From assembly GCA_951406725.2 (NCBI GenBank), contig OX597824.1, positions 57,846,001 through 57,910,000 of the forward strand: a stretch of 64,000 nt of DNA, in the 5' to 3' direction. The notes below the pieces were generated by a model, which was not told the origin of the DNA, searched no databases, and saw nothing but the letters and a program-made list of their open reading frames with translations. Origin of the DNA: Octopus vulgaris (taxonomy: Eukaryota). Below are positions 40,120 through 53,889 of this stretch, in pieces. Positions within the stretch are counted from its first letter, which is position 1, and each line of letters starts with the position of its first letter. A program made the position numbers and the translations under genes.

Positions 40120-40812
40120 TAACCAACGATGTTGTGTTTACGTTCCCGTAACCCTAGCGGATCGACAAAGGATTCCGATAGAATAAGTACTAGGCTTAGA
40201 AAGAATAAGCCCCGCTGTCAATTTGTTCGACCAAAGGCGATGCTCCAGCATACTCGCAGTCAAATGACTGAAACAAGTAAAAGAATGAAAGAATGTATGC
40301 GCTAAAACAGGCACGCACGCCCTCACACTTACGAACACATACAGACGTGTGTGCCAAGATGCTTGCGTATGTATGTGAGTATGCCTGTGTGCTCGACCAT
40401 CCAGTAATGGTGGTGATGGTGTTATAAACCAGAGGTGCACCATGACTAGATCCGAAATAATTGAGCAGGGGAAAAATATATATGCAAATAACATACAAAC
40501 ATACATACATACATATATACGTATGTGTATATATATATATATATATATACACATACGTATATATGTATGTATGTATGTTTGTATGTATGTATATGAGTGT
40601 GAGTTTGTGTCTCTCAAATATATTTACACACACACATATATATAAATATGCGACGGGCTTCTTTCAGTTTCCCTCTACCAAATCCACCCACAAGGGTTTG
40701 GTTGGCCCAAACCTATAGCAGAAGACACTTATGCAAAGTACCACGCAGTGGGACTCAACCGGGAACTATGTGGTCGGCAAGAAAGCTTCTTACGACACAG
40801 CCACGCTTGCGC
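40120..40812. mobile_element. SINE family A 3' half (+, 40120-40292) and 5' half (-, 40650-40812)
   Basis: Family motifs on opposite strands. Confidence 0.8.
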
Positions 40813-40852
40813 TGGGGTCTCGTCATATGGGTCCTCGTAGAGTGAGGCAGAG

Positions 40853-40910
<58 letters not shown>

Positions 40911-41435
40911 CATATATATATATGATATATATATATTATAGATTTATATGCACACGCACACACATTAATAAAACAAGTTTCAAATGTTATAAACAACATA
41001 TAATTGTATACATACATACAAACATACATGCATTCATACATACATACATACATACATACATACATACATACATACATACATACATACATACATACATACT
41101 TACATACATACATGCATGTATGCATACATAATTTTATAGGTTTGGTGATGTAAACAGGAAAACAGAACAGAACATATATATATATATATATATATGAGAC
41201 TATATATATATATATATACAAATAAGAAAATGGAGGAACAAATTCATTTCAATCATCAACTTACAGATATTACCATTTCATATTATTTATTAACTATATA
41301 AATAGGAACATGAAAATCGAACAAAACAATATACATCAACATGCAAATTAATATTACCAGCAGCATATTGGATAACTGATATCCCATAGTGGGTTACTCT
41401 CATAACCCCTATCTTACTTTGTACTATATATATAT

Positions 41436-41538
<103 letters not shown>

Positions 41539-41545
41539 GTGTGTG

Positions 41546-41596
<51 letters not shown>

Positions 41597-41623
41597 GTGT
41601 ATATATATATTTATATATATATG

Positions 41624-41654
<31 letters not shown>

Positions 41655-41669
41655 GCATGTATGTATACG

Positions 41670-41701
<32 letters not shown>

Positions 41702-41784
41702 GGGCATCATATAAATATCCTAATATATATATATATATAGTGCATTATAACACTCGTACGCATATATGTTTCATATGTATATTT

Positions 41785-41819
<35 letters not shown>

Positions 41820-41826
41820 ATACATA

Positions 41827-42054
41827 CAGTGTTGGCCAAAAGTTACCCGACAATAAATAAAAAAAATACTATCTGTAATTTTGTATTGACTCAAATCGGA
41901 AAATGTGTCGTTCAAGAAGGACTTCTCTTTGAACAACTTTCATGATGCTTCATACTTAGATACTTTCATGAAATTCAATTTAGTTGTTAAACTTAAATAT
42001 ATCTTGGAATTAAATGGTTTTGATTTACTGTCAGGTGATTTTTGGCCAACTCTG
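41827..42054. mobile_element. Tc1/mariner-type MITE
   Basis: ~26-bp TIRs CAGTGTTGGCCAAAAGTTACCCGACA and TGTCAGGTGATTTTTGGCCAACTCTG; TA flanks. Confidence 0.8.
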
Positions 42055-42609
42055 TATATAAATAAATATGTATGTGTTTGTGTATATATATGTGTGTGTG
42101 TGTGTGTGTATGTGTGTGTGTATATATATGCACACACGCGGATGTATCGAGCATCAAAGAACACACATACACACACACACACTCTCTCTCTCTCTCACAC
42201 ACACACACATACAAAAAGTGACTCATTTATTCCCGGTATTTACATGTTAATCTCAACTCTCACTCCCTATCCTCCCTTCATGCTATCACGTGACATCCTT
42301 AAACGTGTCCGTACACTATTTTCTCAATGCAGTAAACGGCCTTATATTATTGAACCATGCTAGGCATAATGACGCTACTCATTCTGATTGGCCTGTCTCC
42401 TTTCACATTCATTCACATTCACTAATACACACAAGCACACACACACACACACACACACTCATACACACACACACACACACACACACATAAACACATACAC
42501 TTACCCACTCACGCGCGCACATGCACACATACTTCTCTGCTAAATACTTAATAAGCACAGCCGTAATGAATAATGCATGTACGATTTGATTTATGTACCA
42601 TTTAAGATG

Positions 42610-42716
<107 letters not shown>

Positions 42717-42886
42717 ACATGAACACTCAAATATACACACATATTGCCCTTTTTACATATATACTATTTGCAGTTGAATAATCATTACAATACAATCAAG
42801 TTATGTATAATAAATGTATAGGTCTACACATTCTCTGTACTGATTATATGTATATAATTGGATTCCGGATACATATATATACATTC

Positions 42887-42917
<31 letters not shown>

Positions 42918-43653
42918 TGTATGTATGTATGTATGTATGTATGTATGTATGTATGCTTGTATGTATGGTAGGGATGTACGTTTGTATACATATATATATA
43001 TGTGCGTAGGATTCGTGTGTTGAATGCAACACATCGAATGAGCTACAATATCACAAACTTCTGCTCGATAAATAATTAACAATATGATATTTGTATGTGT
43101 GACATAAATCTTAATATTTGTAGCTTCGAGGTTAGTCTCGATATGATACATGGACCTGAGTGAGACAAAACTGAAACAATCACGTCATACAAATGTGCAA
43201 ATAAAAAAAACAATAAAAAACAAAGCAACACCTATTTAATAGTGAACAAGGTCTTGTTTGTGTAAACCGAACTCCCGACTGCGGTAACATGTACAGGATA
43301 ATGTGCAAAGTTATTTGTAATTGGTCAACGTGTCGAATAAATCGACATTCAAAACGATGGAGAAGGGGGCAAAAATCACGTAACTCATCTCTAAAGGACT
43401 CAACACTGATATGCGGTTAATACAGGATATAGATCGCTGACATTAACACACATGTACATAGAAACACATACGCTCATTCAAAATACTATATTATGATGTA
43501 TAATTATAATATATATTGAATACAAATAATATGTTAAACCAGATTATATTTTATATAAGATATATACTAGTTATACTTTATGATATCTATAGCAATCTAT
43601 CTATCTGTCTGTCTGTATGTCTGTCTGTCTATCTATCTATCTATCTATCTATC

Positions 43654-43693
<40 letters not shown>

Positions 43694-43706
43694 TATATAT
43701 ATGTAT

Positions 43707-43787
<81 letters not shown>

Positions 43788-43845
43788 TTATTAGTGAATT
43801 GAAGAAATGGAGTTGAACGAAGATTGAACAGAATTCCTTTTATTG

Positions 43846-43929
43846 CATTCTACACATGTTTCAAAAGCCACAATTTTCCAAATTCTGATTGAATAAGGAT
43901 ACCATATTGTGGCTTTCTCTTCAGGAAAA
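43846..43929 (-). ncRNA. Type I hammerhead ribozyme motif
   Basis: UUC-CUGAAGA-GAAAGCCACAAU..AUUGUGGCUUUU-GAAAC-AUGU-GUA-GAA; 12-bp stem II; AAUAAA just downstream. Confidence 0.75.
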
Positions 43930-44218
43930 GAATAGGAATTCCGTTGGCAGAACAAAACAGAACAGAGGCGCAGCAAAACAATTTGAACGAAGCGGCTCTT
44001 TAAGAGCCCATGGCTGAGTTCAGCCATGGGCTCTTATAATATTAAAATTCAATTCACTAATAATATTAAAATTCAATTATCCGCACCTACGCACGGTTGC
44101 AACACCAAATGGTTTTATCTCCAACCGTGCTTTCTTCTGCCGTGATTTTTGCTACCAAGGTATCGGTTAAACTTTTGATTAATCTACAACAAGATTATTC
44201 ATCTTTCTATTTTACCAA

Positions 44219-44344
<126 letters not shown>

Positions 44345-44927
44345 GATAAATACCGAATGAGCCGGTTTCTAGCTCAGAAAGAAAACTCTTTCATTGCATT
44401 TTACACAATATCAAAAGTGATTGACTTATATGTATATAGGTAATTAAGTATACATGTATGCGTGTATTTACCGAGTCGCGTGCGCACACACATTTATATA
44501 TACATACAGGTAAAATTGCGTCTAATGACGTAATGTAACAGGTATATACAATACAATAAGTGCTCATGTTGATTTTCTACCCAAAACTCCAACTTGAACT
44601 GCGACTAAAATAAGAAGTGGTATTTTAGCTTTCTAGCAATGAATGGCTATAAGTGGTTTATCATTGAGCGGGTAAATGTACGACTAGAAAGAAGGAATGA
44701 ACGGGTTAAGAATTGGTATCGGTTTAGAGCTTGGAATTGATATATTTAAACATAGCTGCAGAATTGTTACAATAGAGTTGTTAGTATAGAGTGTATTATA
44801 GAAATAAGGGCGAAAGAAAGTGAGCATATACACTCTAACAACTCTTCAATTATGCTTAAATGTATAAGTTCCTGATAACAATTGTTTACTTGATCATTCT
44901 TTCTTTCTACCCTCATATATATATATA

Positions 44928-44962
<35 letters not shown>

Positions 44963-44973
44963 GTCTATATCTA

Positions 44974-45062
<89 letters not shown>

Positions 45063-45144
45063 TGCACATGTACACATTTGTCATGGATGTCATTGCTTAT
45101 GTCGATCTTCATGTTAAACTTCATAAACGTTTTATATATTTTAA

Positions 45145-45900
45145 CAGTAGAAGTAATCTTATTTCTCAAGATTGCTTCTAATGTTGTTAGTCACGGAACC
45201 CATTACTCAAATAACTTTTGTATGTATGTGTGTATGCATGCATGTAATCATGTGTGTATGTATGTGCAGATTTGTATGTTTTATGTATGTATTCTCATGC
45301 ATATAGCTCCATATCTAGGCACGCTTATATATATTTAGATTATAAACTTCTGTAAAGTTTTACAGATATTTACAGTTCCAGTGATGGATTGGATTTATAG
45401 TCTTCGAATTAACTTTATTTTTTCTGGTTTTGAGAAGTCCAATTTCTCAAGATTGGTATTTAGGTAGTGTGTTGCATATCCCAGGGCCCCAATAGGTATA
45501 AATCTGAAGTTGTAATCTGGATAGAGTAACCAAAGATTTCTCAATAGTTTAGCATAGGTTTTATCTTTTTCACTGAACATCCGCGGGGCAGCAAATTTCC
45601 ACAACTGTGCACAGTTTCTCCTTATCCCAAATCATTATATCAGGTCCGTTGTGCTTACATTTTATTGAGGTCTTCACTGGTACATTCCCCAAGTATCCCT
45701 TTTTTATTATGAGTGGCTATGGCTTTTAACATATTGTAAGTTCACATTTCTTTGTCTTTGGGATTATCCTTTTGACGGATTTCATTGTAGAGTGTCCTAG
45801 CTACAACGTCATGTCTCATCGGTAGATAATACTGTAATGACATTTTTGGACAACTGCTTTTGATGTGGGTCATATCTTCAGTGTGAACTCCACAAAGTCT
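45145..45900 (-). mobile_element. 5'-truncated RLE LINE (second family)
   Basis: RLCG..EDMTHIKSSC, MRHDVVA, LYPDYNFRFIPIGALG; same family as 62535-63100. Confidence 0.85.
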
Positions 45901-46755
45901 GAAGTATTGTAGCAAACCAGGGCCGGAGATGAAGGGTCCCGTCACGAGTCCTTGCATTCTAGTCTTCCACACATATTCTTTCACAGCAACTGTACAGAAA
46001 AAACATACCTCACCTTCGTGAGGTCCAGTTGGCGGTTTAATCTTTATTTTAGATTCAGCCGATAGCTGTGCTCTTCCCAGATGCGACAACACGGGTTCTA
46101 CGTAAATCATCAAGCCTGACAGCTCCCGACAACGTACCAAAGCGTGCTGGACGGTTTCATTGTCCAGCCCACATCTTGGACATGTCGGCACTGACATTCC
46201 GTACTTGGATAACTTATTGCGAACAGGTAAAGCGTTCCTGTAGCACTGCCAGGTCAGGGGCTTTTGGGAATTATCCAAATACTCTGGCTTGAAAGTTTTT
46301 TGGAACAGGCTGGTAAGTTGGTTCTCTTCGAACCCCAGAGCTTCTCATAGGGTGTCATCGTTTTTATGCTCTATCAACCCTCTATACAAAACCGAGGTGA
46401 TATTCCCACTGCTGGCCTTGCCCGTCTTGTGGATAAGCGCGAATGCCTGCCGACACACTTTTTGCCATTCAGTCATATTACATCTTTTAATGAAACCGGG
46501 TTTAAATCGCTCCCTTCCACAATACGCGGAAGAGAATTCGCTCCAACTTGTTTATCCACGAATCGGGGCTAAGGACAACGGTAAATAAACACCTGTACCA
46601 CCTCCACCCTTCCTTTCAGGGACAGAGAACTTCCGGACTAGGGCCTCCACCCTGTCTGCCACCTCGCTCCAATTCTTCTCCGTCTGGGAGTCCGGTCCAA
46701 ACCAAACTCCAAGCAACTTTACAGGACCATCTGTCCAGTGACCCACGGCACCTCA
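45901..46755 (-). mobile_element. Tx1/L1-like LINE ORF2 C-terminal relic
   Basis: VKLLGVWFG (RT end) and WQCYRNALPVR..CPRCG..ETVQHALVRC (zf-RVT type). Confidence 0.75.
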
Positions 46756-46789
46756 GTGGGTTCAATCTCTCACAATGTGTGGGGTATCT

Positions 46790-48010
46790 TATATTTCACT
46801 ATAAATTTTCTTTTTGTTGTGTTTTGCATGTTGTCGCTTTTTGTCTCTATATTTCTGCGGTTTTTGGCTTTCATGTGATTGTATCTGTGTGACTATGTGT
46901 TCGTGAATTTGTGTGTCTGTGTGTTCATTTGACTGCAATTCCACGTGTTTCGTCTGTGTGTCTATGTCTTTAGGTTTCCATAATTTTGGGTTGTCTTATT
47001 TCTGTTCGTTATTACTTGTGTGCTTTTGCATGTGTAAGTGTTTGAGTGTCTGCTGGTCTGAATGACTCTGTACTTTACTGGTGATCCTACTGGTAAATCT
47101 TCCCCGTTTCTCGTCGTGGGTTGGGTTTCCTCTTCCAATGCTTTGTATTTCTTCAATTCCACAATCGTCGGTGAGTTCCTTCTCTCTGTTTTTCTGGCTT
47201 TGACCTCCGTAAAGTTTCCGTTATGTTCTATTTTTTGTTTCTCTGTTTTCTATCATTGTATCCTCCTCTAGCATTTTCACTGCTGCTCTAGGGCATTTCG
47301 TTCTCAAATGCCATCCGTAACACTTCCAACATTATTTCCAGCCTTTCTTCATTTGGTAGCTCTAAAAGTTTCAGGTATTTCGTCGTAATATTTCGGGCTT
47401 ACTGCACAAATTATCTCTAATCCGTAGCCCCATTACTTCACTTGTTGGGTTCGGCTTATCATACCAATCCTCGCGTCTTCGCTTTTCTTTGAATAAAAAA
47501 TTGCGGCTATTATCCACTCTGGGTCTATCGACGGTGGGATTCTTCCCACCCTAATACTAAGAATTCTTTTGCCCAAACAGTTTGGCATCAAAGTCCATGT
47601 ATAAGCCTGTTGGAGTTTTTTTCCGCCTCCTCTTCTGATAAAAAGGTTACCACTATCGACGCATATCGCTTTCCTCTCGTAAAGAACGTTAAGCTGTCTC
47701 CTTTTTTTTCTTCTAAAATTTCTTCTATCTCTTCCTGCGGCGCGTGTTCAGTTCTTCTATTTTCATTCGAAAATGTTCTGACTATGACCGTCTTCTTTTC
47801 CATTTTCCTTTTCTGACAGGGTCATTTTTATATTTGACCCTTCTTTCTTTACCATACCATAATATTTGTTTTGTCAGCTCCTCATTCCATTGTATCATCT
47901 CCGGCTTCAGCACACGTCGGTCTGGGGGAACTCGACCTCCAGTAGCCTCTGCGCAACTTTTCATTTTTCTCAATTGTTTCACTTCCACCCAACAATGGCG
48001 GCTTCACACA
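46790..48010 (-). mobile_element. Decayed ORF1 region of a Tx1/L1-like LINE
   Basis: MKSCAEA (SYAEA-like) start and charged ORF1-like fragments; same strand and directly upstream of the ORF2 relic. Confidence 0.5.
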
Positions 48011-48377
48011 AAAATTCAGCTAGAGTTCTTCAAACACAACAAAAAAAGTGGCTTGCTATCTGTCGATGCTTATTTGCCTTTGAAAACTTATTGAATTTCA
48101 AGTGAAATAAATTCACTGATCTACAAAATCAGAAATATTGCATTTCTAAATCTCTCGGAGATACTTATACAGTAGTAGAACGATAGTGATGGTTTGTTGC
48201 CAACTTAATGTGGCAGTCCCAGGAAAGGTAAGAATGCTACTGCTATTTAGCCCCAGAAAACATCGTTTACAGTTGTCTATGTGACACAAGCGTTCTGCGT
48301 CCTTACGTTTTCAAACAGGGGAGATAAGCACCTTCACCCAGCAAAGCCACATGTGTCACATAGCCAACTGGAAATGA

Positions 48378-48702
48378 TGGATCAGTGCTTAGAGCGTTGA
48401 GCTTACGATCGTGCGGTTGTGAGTTCGATTCCCGAACTGGGCTGCGTGTTGTGTTCTTGAGCAAGACACTTTATTTCACGTAGCTCCAGTTCACTCAGCT
48501 GTAGAAATGAGTTGCGACGTCACTGGGGCTAATCTGTATCGGCCTTTGCCTTTCCCTTGGATAACTTCGGTAGCGAGGAGAGGGGAGGCTGGTATGCATG
48601 GGAGACTGCTGCTTTTCCATAAACAACTTTTCCCGGACTTGTGCCTCGGAGGGTAACGTTCTACGTGCAATCTCATGGTCATTCATGACCGAAGGGGGTC
48701 AC
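48378..48702 (+). mobile_element. tRNA-derived SINE family C (CORE-like)
   Basis: TCAGTGCTTAGAGCG head, GTTCGATTCCC B box, TGTGTTCTTGAGCAAGACACTTTATTTCAC..CAGCTGTAGAAATGAG central domain. Confidence 0.85.
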
Positions 48703-48710
48703 CATATATA

Positions 48711-49585
48711 CAGGTTGTGTAAGGTATTTAAGGACATCCATTTTTGGGGTCATTGCTGCATTTTTGCTAACTCTGTATAATCTTCGTTTCAGAAAATAAT
48801 AATGGCTGATTCACAGCTTACTCAAGAAATGAAGAGGCATGCTGTTATTGAGTATAGTGATTTAAAAATATCTCGATTTTTAAAAGTTCCCAGATCTTTC
48901 GTCTACAAAATTTGTAAGAAGCTAGAAACTGGAGATGGAAACGTATCACCAGTATCAAAGCATAAAAAACATACTAAACGCTCTGAAGTCATCAGAGCAA
49001 CTGGATTTATCCAGCAAGTTCAACAGACCATTGATTACAATCTCTGAAAGTCCATTGGATCAATTGCAAACGATCTCCATGTGTCAGAATGAATAGTCAG
49101 AAATGCTGTCCACGAAGACATCAGATATAAGAAAGGTCATTTTGTCAGAAAAAGCAAAAGAAAATCACTACATCAGATCTAAAAGGCTCTTAAACAAACT
49201 TAGACAGTGTATGCAATGGAAGGCCATATGTGTTTCAGTAAGACTCTGCACTAACACACAGGGCTCTAGTAACATAGGAATAGATGGCTGAAAATTTTCA
49301 TGATCACATAAACCCTAACATTTAGCCTAATTCCCATATCTCAATCCATTGGACTATTACATGTGCAGCACTGTTGAGAGAGAGGTCAATGAACACGCTC
49401 ATAACAGCAAATATTCTTAGAAAGCTGCCATAGTCAGAGTAATGACTTAAGTGAACCAGAACCACTTGATTTAGATCTCATACTGAAGCAGTTCTTGAAG
49501 CTGAAGGTGGCTTCATTTTTCTGATAAAGTTATTTATTTCAAATTATTGCCAGTTAATAAAGTTATTTTTGTGATAAATAAGGTT
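48711..49585 (+). mobile_element. Degenerate, internally deleted Tc1/mariner (maT/DD37D-like) element
   Basis: TA-CAGG start; MKRHAVI HTH-like N-terminus; PNS..LNPLDYY and EAVLEAEGGF C-terminal motifs. Confidence 0.7.
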
Positions 49586-49603
49586 TTATATATATATATA
49601 TGG

Positions 49604-49684
<81 letters not shown>

Positions 49685-50199
49685 TATATGTATTATATAT
49701 ATGCACATGAACACATACAAACGCACCCAGAAGTATACACATACATATATTATACACGATTATTTTTATAATTGCTGCTTGAACTACTGCAGAATTTCGC
49801 AGAATACCTTACACTGATAGCATTTACGTTAGATCATCATCATCAATATCGCTTAACTGAAGCAATCAGTTGTTGGTATGTCACTCAAGACGCTTTCATG
49901 GTCAGCCGTCGCCACTGGTCTCTGTTCTCCGTCAGGCGTAACAGGATCGCTGTGTCGTAAACTGTTCAGTCTTGTTGTCACACCACATTTTTTTCTCTAT
50001 GTCTGCCTCTCTTTAGTCCTCACTCTCAGCTGTAGCCTGAAGAATGATTATCTTCATTAGAAGAACTCATTCTAACGTGCTCATTTGAAATGAAAGGAAA
50101 AATTAGCTGTAAAGTTTGGTAAAGTTGAGAAATATTTACTGAAAACCGAATCAGAGTGAGATGAGGAAATGTGAAGCTAACTTAAACACACTCTTAAAC

Positions 50200-51740
50200 A
50201 ATTGCCTTCCGCCGGCAGTCAAAATTTCTCATGCTATTTTTGAACAAATAAATCAAATTTTCGCTGTCCCGACCCATCTGCAAGCATTTCAGAATCCACG
50301 AATGAGGAACTATATCATATACCTTCACATAGTCAATTCAAGCCATTGATAGGCTTGCCAGCCTTTTTCGACAGTTCCTAAGAATCGATTTATCAATCAG
50401 CAACTGATCCTTTGATTCCTGCTTATCCCTTCTTGCAGCCTTTCTGTTCATCCGCGAGCAGTTCATTTCTTTCAAGATGGTTTTACAATTTCTGTCCTAT
50501 TATCTCAGTTAGAAGCTTCCATATCATAGGTAAACAAGCAGCCGGACGATAGTTACTAGCCACGGTACCCTTGGATGGGTTCTTAAATGGGTCCTTCTAA
50601 ATCAACAAAGTTCTTTGGGCCATCCATTCTGGTACAATTCTTTGCAGGAGTTTTTTGTAGTTTAGGATGTAAATTCGTCAAAACCTTGAACCAAAAACCT
50701 TGAATTAGTCCGTGATAGCTGCCTCCCAATTTTTCATCTTACCAACTGCAGCTTGAATGTCTTCCAGTGTGATGACACAGTCCTCCTGTGTCTCCTTGTC
50801 TTTGATGCAGCCAGGGTTTCCTGTTGTGTTTGACATTCTCTGACCAGATTTTGCTCCAAAACCAAGTTACTACTTTGGAATCAAGTAATCGATGCCTGTA
50901 CTCTGTGCAATATTCTTTAAACCCTTATTTTTGACAAAGCTTCCAGTATAAAGCTTTCATAAATTGATTGTATTTCTAGTTTTTATATTCTCCTTGTGCC
51001 AACTTAGAGATATTCTGCAGCAGTAAGTGCCATTGTTTTATCCCAAATTCCACATACTCTACATTTTGCCGACAGTACCTTCTCCCCATAAACATATTTT
51101 CTCAATTTGCTGATTGATCTTGAGCTACTATATTAAAGCTGCGTTTCCGCTTCAATTATCCTTTTTACAACCAATCTCATGACTTTGTTTCGCAAACATC
51201 CACAATGGCTTTCCAAAATTGACCATGTAGTGGCTTCTTTTTAATCTGTTCAGTAGGTTCTCTTTGAATTTCATTTTTATCTTTTACGCCTATTTCAGTC
51301 TTGGTCACCTGTCCCATAGTCACTGTCTTAAATATCTTTTCTGTGACTTTTTATTCCATATGTGCATACTCTTCCACACCAGTTAAGCCTCTTCCACCTT
51401 GGTCTCCCTTCAAGTGCAACAGGATGGTAGGCTCCATACATAGCCAAGAGGTTTCTAGTTTTCCTGACAAGTTCCTACATTTCGCTTTTTGTCCAATCCA
51501 CAAATTCAGCTCCATATCTGGTAACCAGCACAGCTCTTGAATTAATTGCTTCAATGGTATTTCCTGAATTCAACCTTGACTGTAACATTGTCCTCATTCT
51601 CCTTGTGTAGTACCTACTTGTAATTTGCTTCATCTCTTCGTGGTATATTTCATCTACCTCCATTATTCCCAAATACTTATACCACTCTACTCTTTCAACT
51701 GCTTTCTTTGTTTGCTTATTTGGTATTTCAATTCTCTGGT
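50200..51740 (-). mobile_element. Decayed R4/Dong-like LINE, RT and post-RT fragments in rearranged order
   Basis: YKYLGIME, EAINSRAV, PLHGQFW, KCRVCG (51740-50900); then FWSKIW, GFWFK, NYRP..CL, EQKGC, DQLLID, IDY.KVYD.VPHSW (50890-50200). Confidence 0.85.
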
Positions 51741-51827
51741 CTTCTTCTTCTTCTTCTTCTTCTTCTTCTTCTTCTTCTTCTTCTTCTTCTTCTTCTTCTT
51801 CTTCTTCTTCTTCTTCTTCTTCTTCTT

Positions 51828-52205
51828 CTGTAGTCTTATTTTCATCATGTGCTTTTACTGCACTACCGAGTGCAGCTCTCTGTACCTTGAGTATGTGCTG
51901 TGGTTTGTTGTCTTACTGTATTGAAAGTGTTTTACGTAGGATGTGTGTGGTGCCTAGTAGTGTTATTTTCTGTATGCTATATATATTTGTTAGTCCTGGT
52001 GTTCTTGTTATGTATTTTTCTGAATATATTTTATCATACCGAATGCGCCCTACTATGATAGGAATTGTTTCTGTTTTTAGACTCCACATTCGAGTTACCT
52101 CTATTTCCTCTTCTTTGCATTTTGAAAGCTTCTCCATTTGTTTTAGAGAAACATTGTCGTCTGTTGGTATTGATACTTCTATTAGAAACCATTTTTTTTC
52201 TTTTT
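51828..52205 (-). mobile_element. Short 3' fragment of the 16934-18012 LINE family
   Basis: EVTRMWSLKTETIPIIVG..HILRKTLSIQ plus matching 3'UTR; 3' flank (GAA)n, 5' flank (TAA)n. Confidence 0.9.
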
Positions 52206-52210
52206 CCTAA

Positions 52211-52265
<55 letters not shown>

Positions 52266-52708
52266 GTAATCATTATTATTATAGCCAGACTTCATAATTG
52301 TGCTCCAAGTCCTCATTTGGACTATTGTCTCCCACACTCATAATGGATATATTCTATAAATTATATACAAACATACATTCATACATACACACACACGCAC
52401 ACACACACAGGCACACACACACACACACATACTTATATCTATATATACACATATACATTTACATAGCGACTAAGTTAGCACCATTATTGCTAGAAATTAG
52501 TGTCAAAACAACTTATAACCACGATAAGCACTATCTTGATGATTGACAAAGGAAGCAAGCTCCCTCAGCACCGGACATAACCAGATTACCAGTGATTTCA
52601 TGTTTCCATTAATGCTCTTCAGTGGCTCTTATCAGCGCCTTTGGTTAAACTCAAGATCACTGTTGAAATCACGCTGATTTCATAAATGGTAAAAGTGAAA
52701 ATCATAAT

Positions 52709-52914
52709 TAAGGGTGGCTTGTTAGCAATTTTTCAGTCGAAAGGCAAAAACATATACGTCACAAAAGCGACTAAGGGCGCTAGAAAGCACCTGTATTGCT
52801 AGAAATAAGAATCAAAACAACCAACAATACTGGTACTAACTAGCGCCATTAGTCGCTTTGGTGACGTATATATTTTTGTCTTTTGATTGAAAAATTGCTA
52901 TCAAGCCACCCTTA
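52709..52914. mobile_element. MITE with ~75 bp TIRs
   Basis: TAAGGGTGGCTTG(T/A)TAGCAATTTTTCA..GGCGCTAG inverted at both ends; TSD ambiguous (TA or TWA); related fragment at ~52465-52515. Confidence 0.85.
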
Positions 52915-52975
<61 letters not shown>

Positions 52976-52989
52976 TGTATGTATGTATG

Positions 52990-53047
<58 letters not shown>

Positions 53048-53468
53048 GAAAGGGTGGTCCTCCGTCAATTTCGACAATGAGTATTCCTTTGTTTGTTCAA
53101 CTGACTGAAATAACTTGGAAGTGATTGAGCATTCGATAAACACAAATACCCTTAACATCGTTCTCTATCAGAATCAACTTCAACTGAAACGGTGCGCAAA
53201 TGATGAAGTAAAGTTTGTATATTGATGATTGTTCTATGGTCCTAATGGTGTGAAATTTATGAGTAATCTGACGTTCAGCAATAGAACACAGAAACCGTTC
53301 ATCTGAGTGAATATCCATACCACATGCCATACGCATATTAGCCTAATGAAACCTATAGTCTGGCTCATGCACACATGCTTGCACATGTACAAATACATAC
53401 ATATGCAAACGCCCATACATTAATTTATGATTGACAAAAGAATGGAAGTTACGTAACCACTTTCATTA

Positions 53469-53553
53469 GCATACAGTTGTTTCTGCTGTAAGAAATACTT
53501 CACTCGAAGCTATAGGTTGTCGCGGGAGCGACATCCTATAGCTTCTTCGGAGC
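53469..53553 (-). ncRNA. Degenerate hammerhead-like motif overlapping a strong hairpin (53506-53545)
   Basis: GCU-CCGAAGA-AGCUAUA..UACAGCA-GAAAC-AACU-GUA-UGC. Confidence 0.45.
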
Positions 53554-53810
53554 CATTTAAACAAACGTATGCTTATTACGGAATGAATTTACATACAACA
53601 GGTGTAAAGTTATGAAATTGATTATGTAACTCCAACTCCTGTTCTTTGTTATTTTGTCATTCATTAATTGATATTACGGACTGTAATCACCCGATATTTT
53701 ATTCCAAAGAATGAGCATAATGAGTTCTAACAACTGGGTATTGGTATCATAATGCTGAAATGAAATCATAACATATGGGTGTATGTGAGTATTTATACAT
53801 ATAAATACAT

Positions 53811-53889
<79 letters not shown>

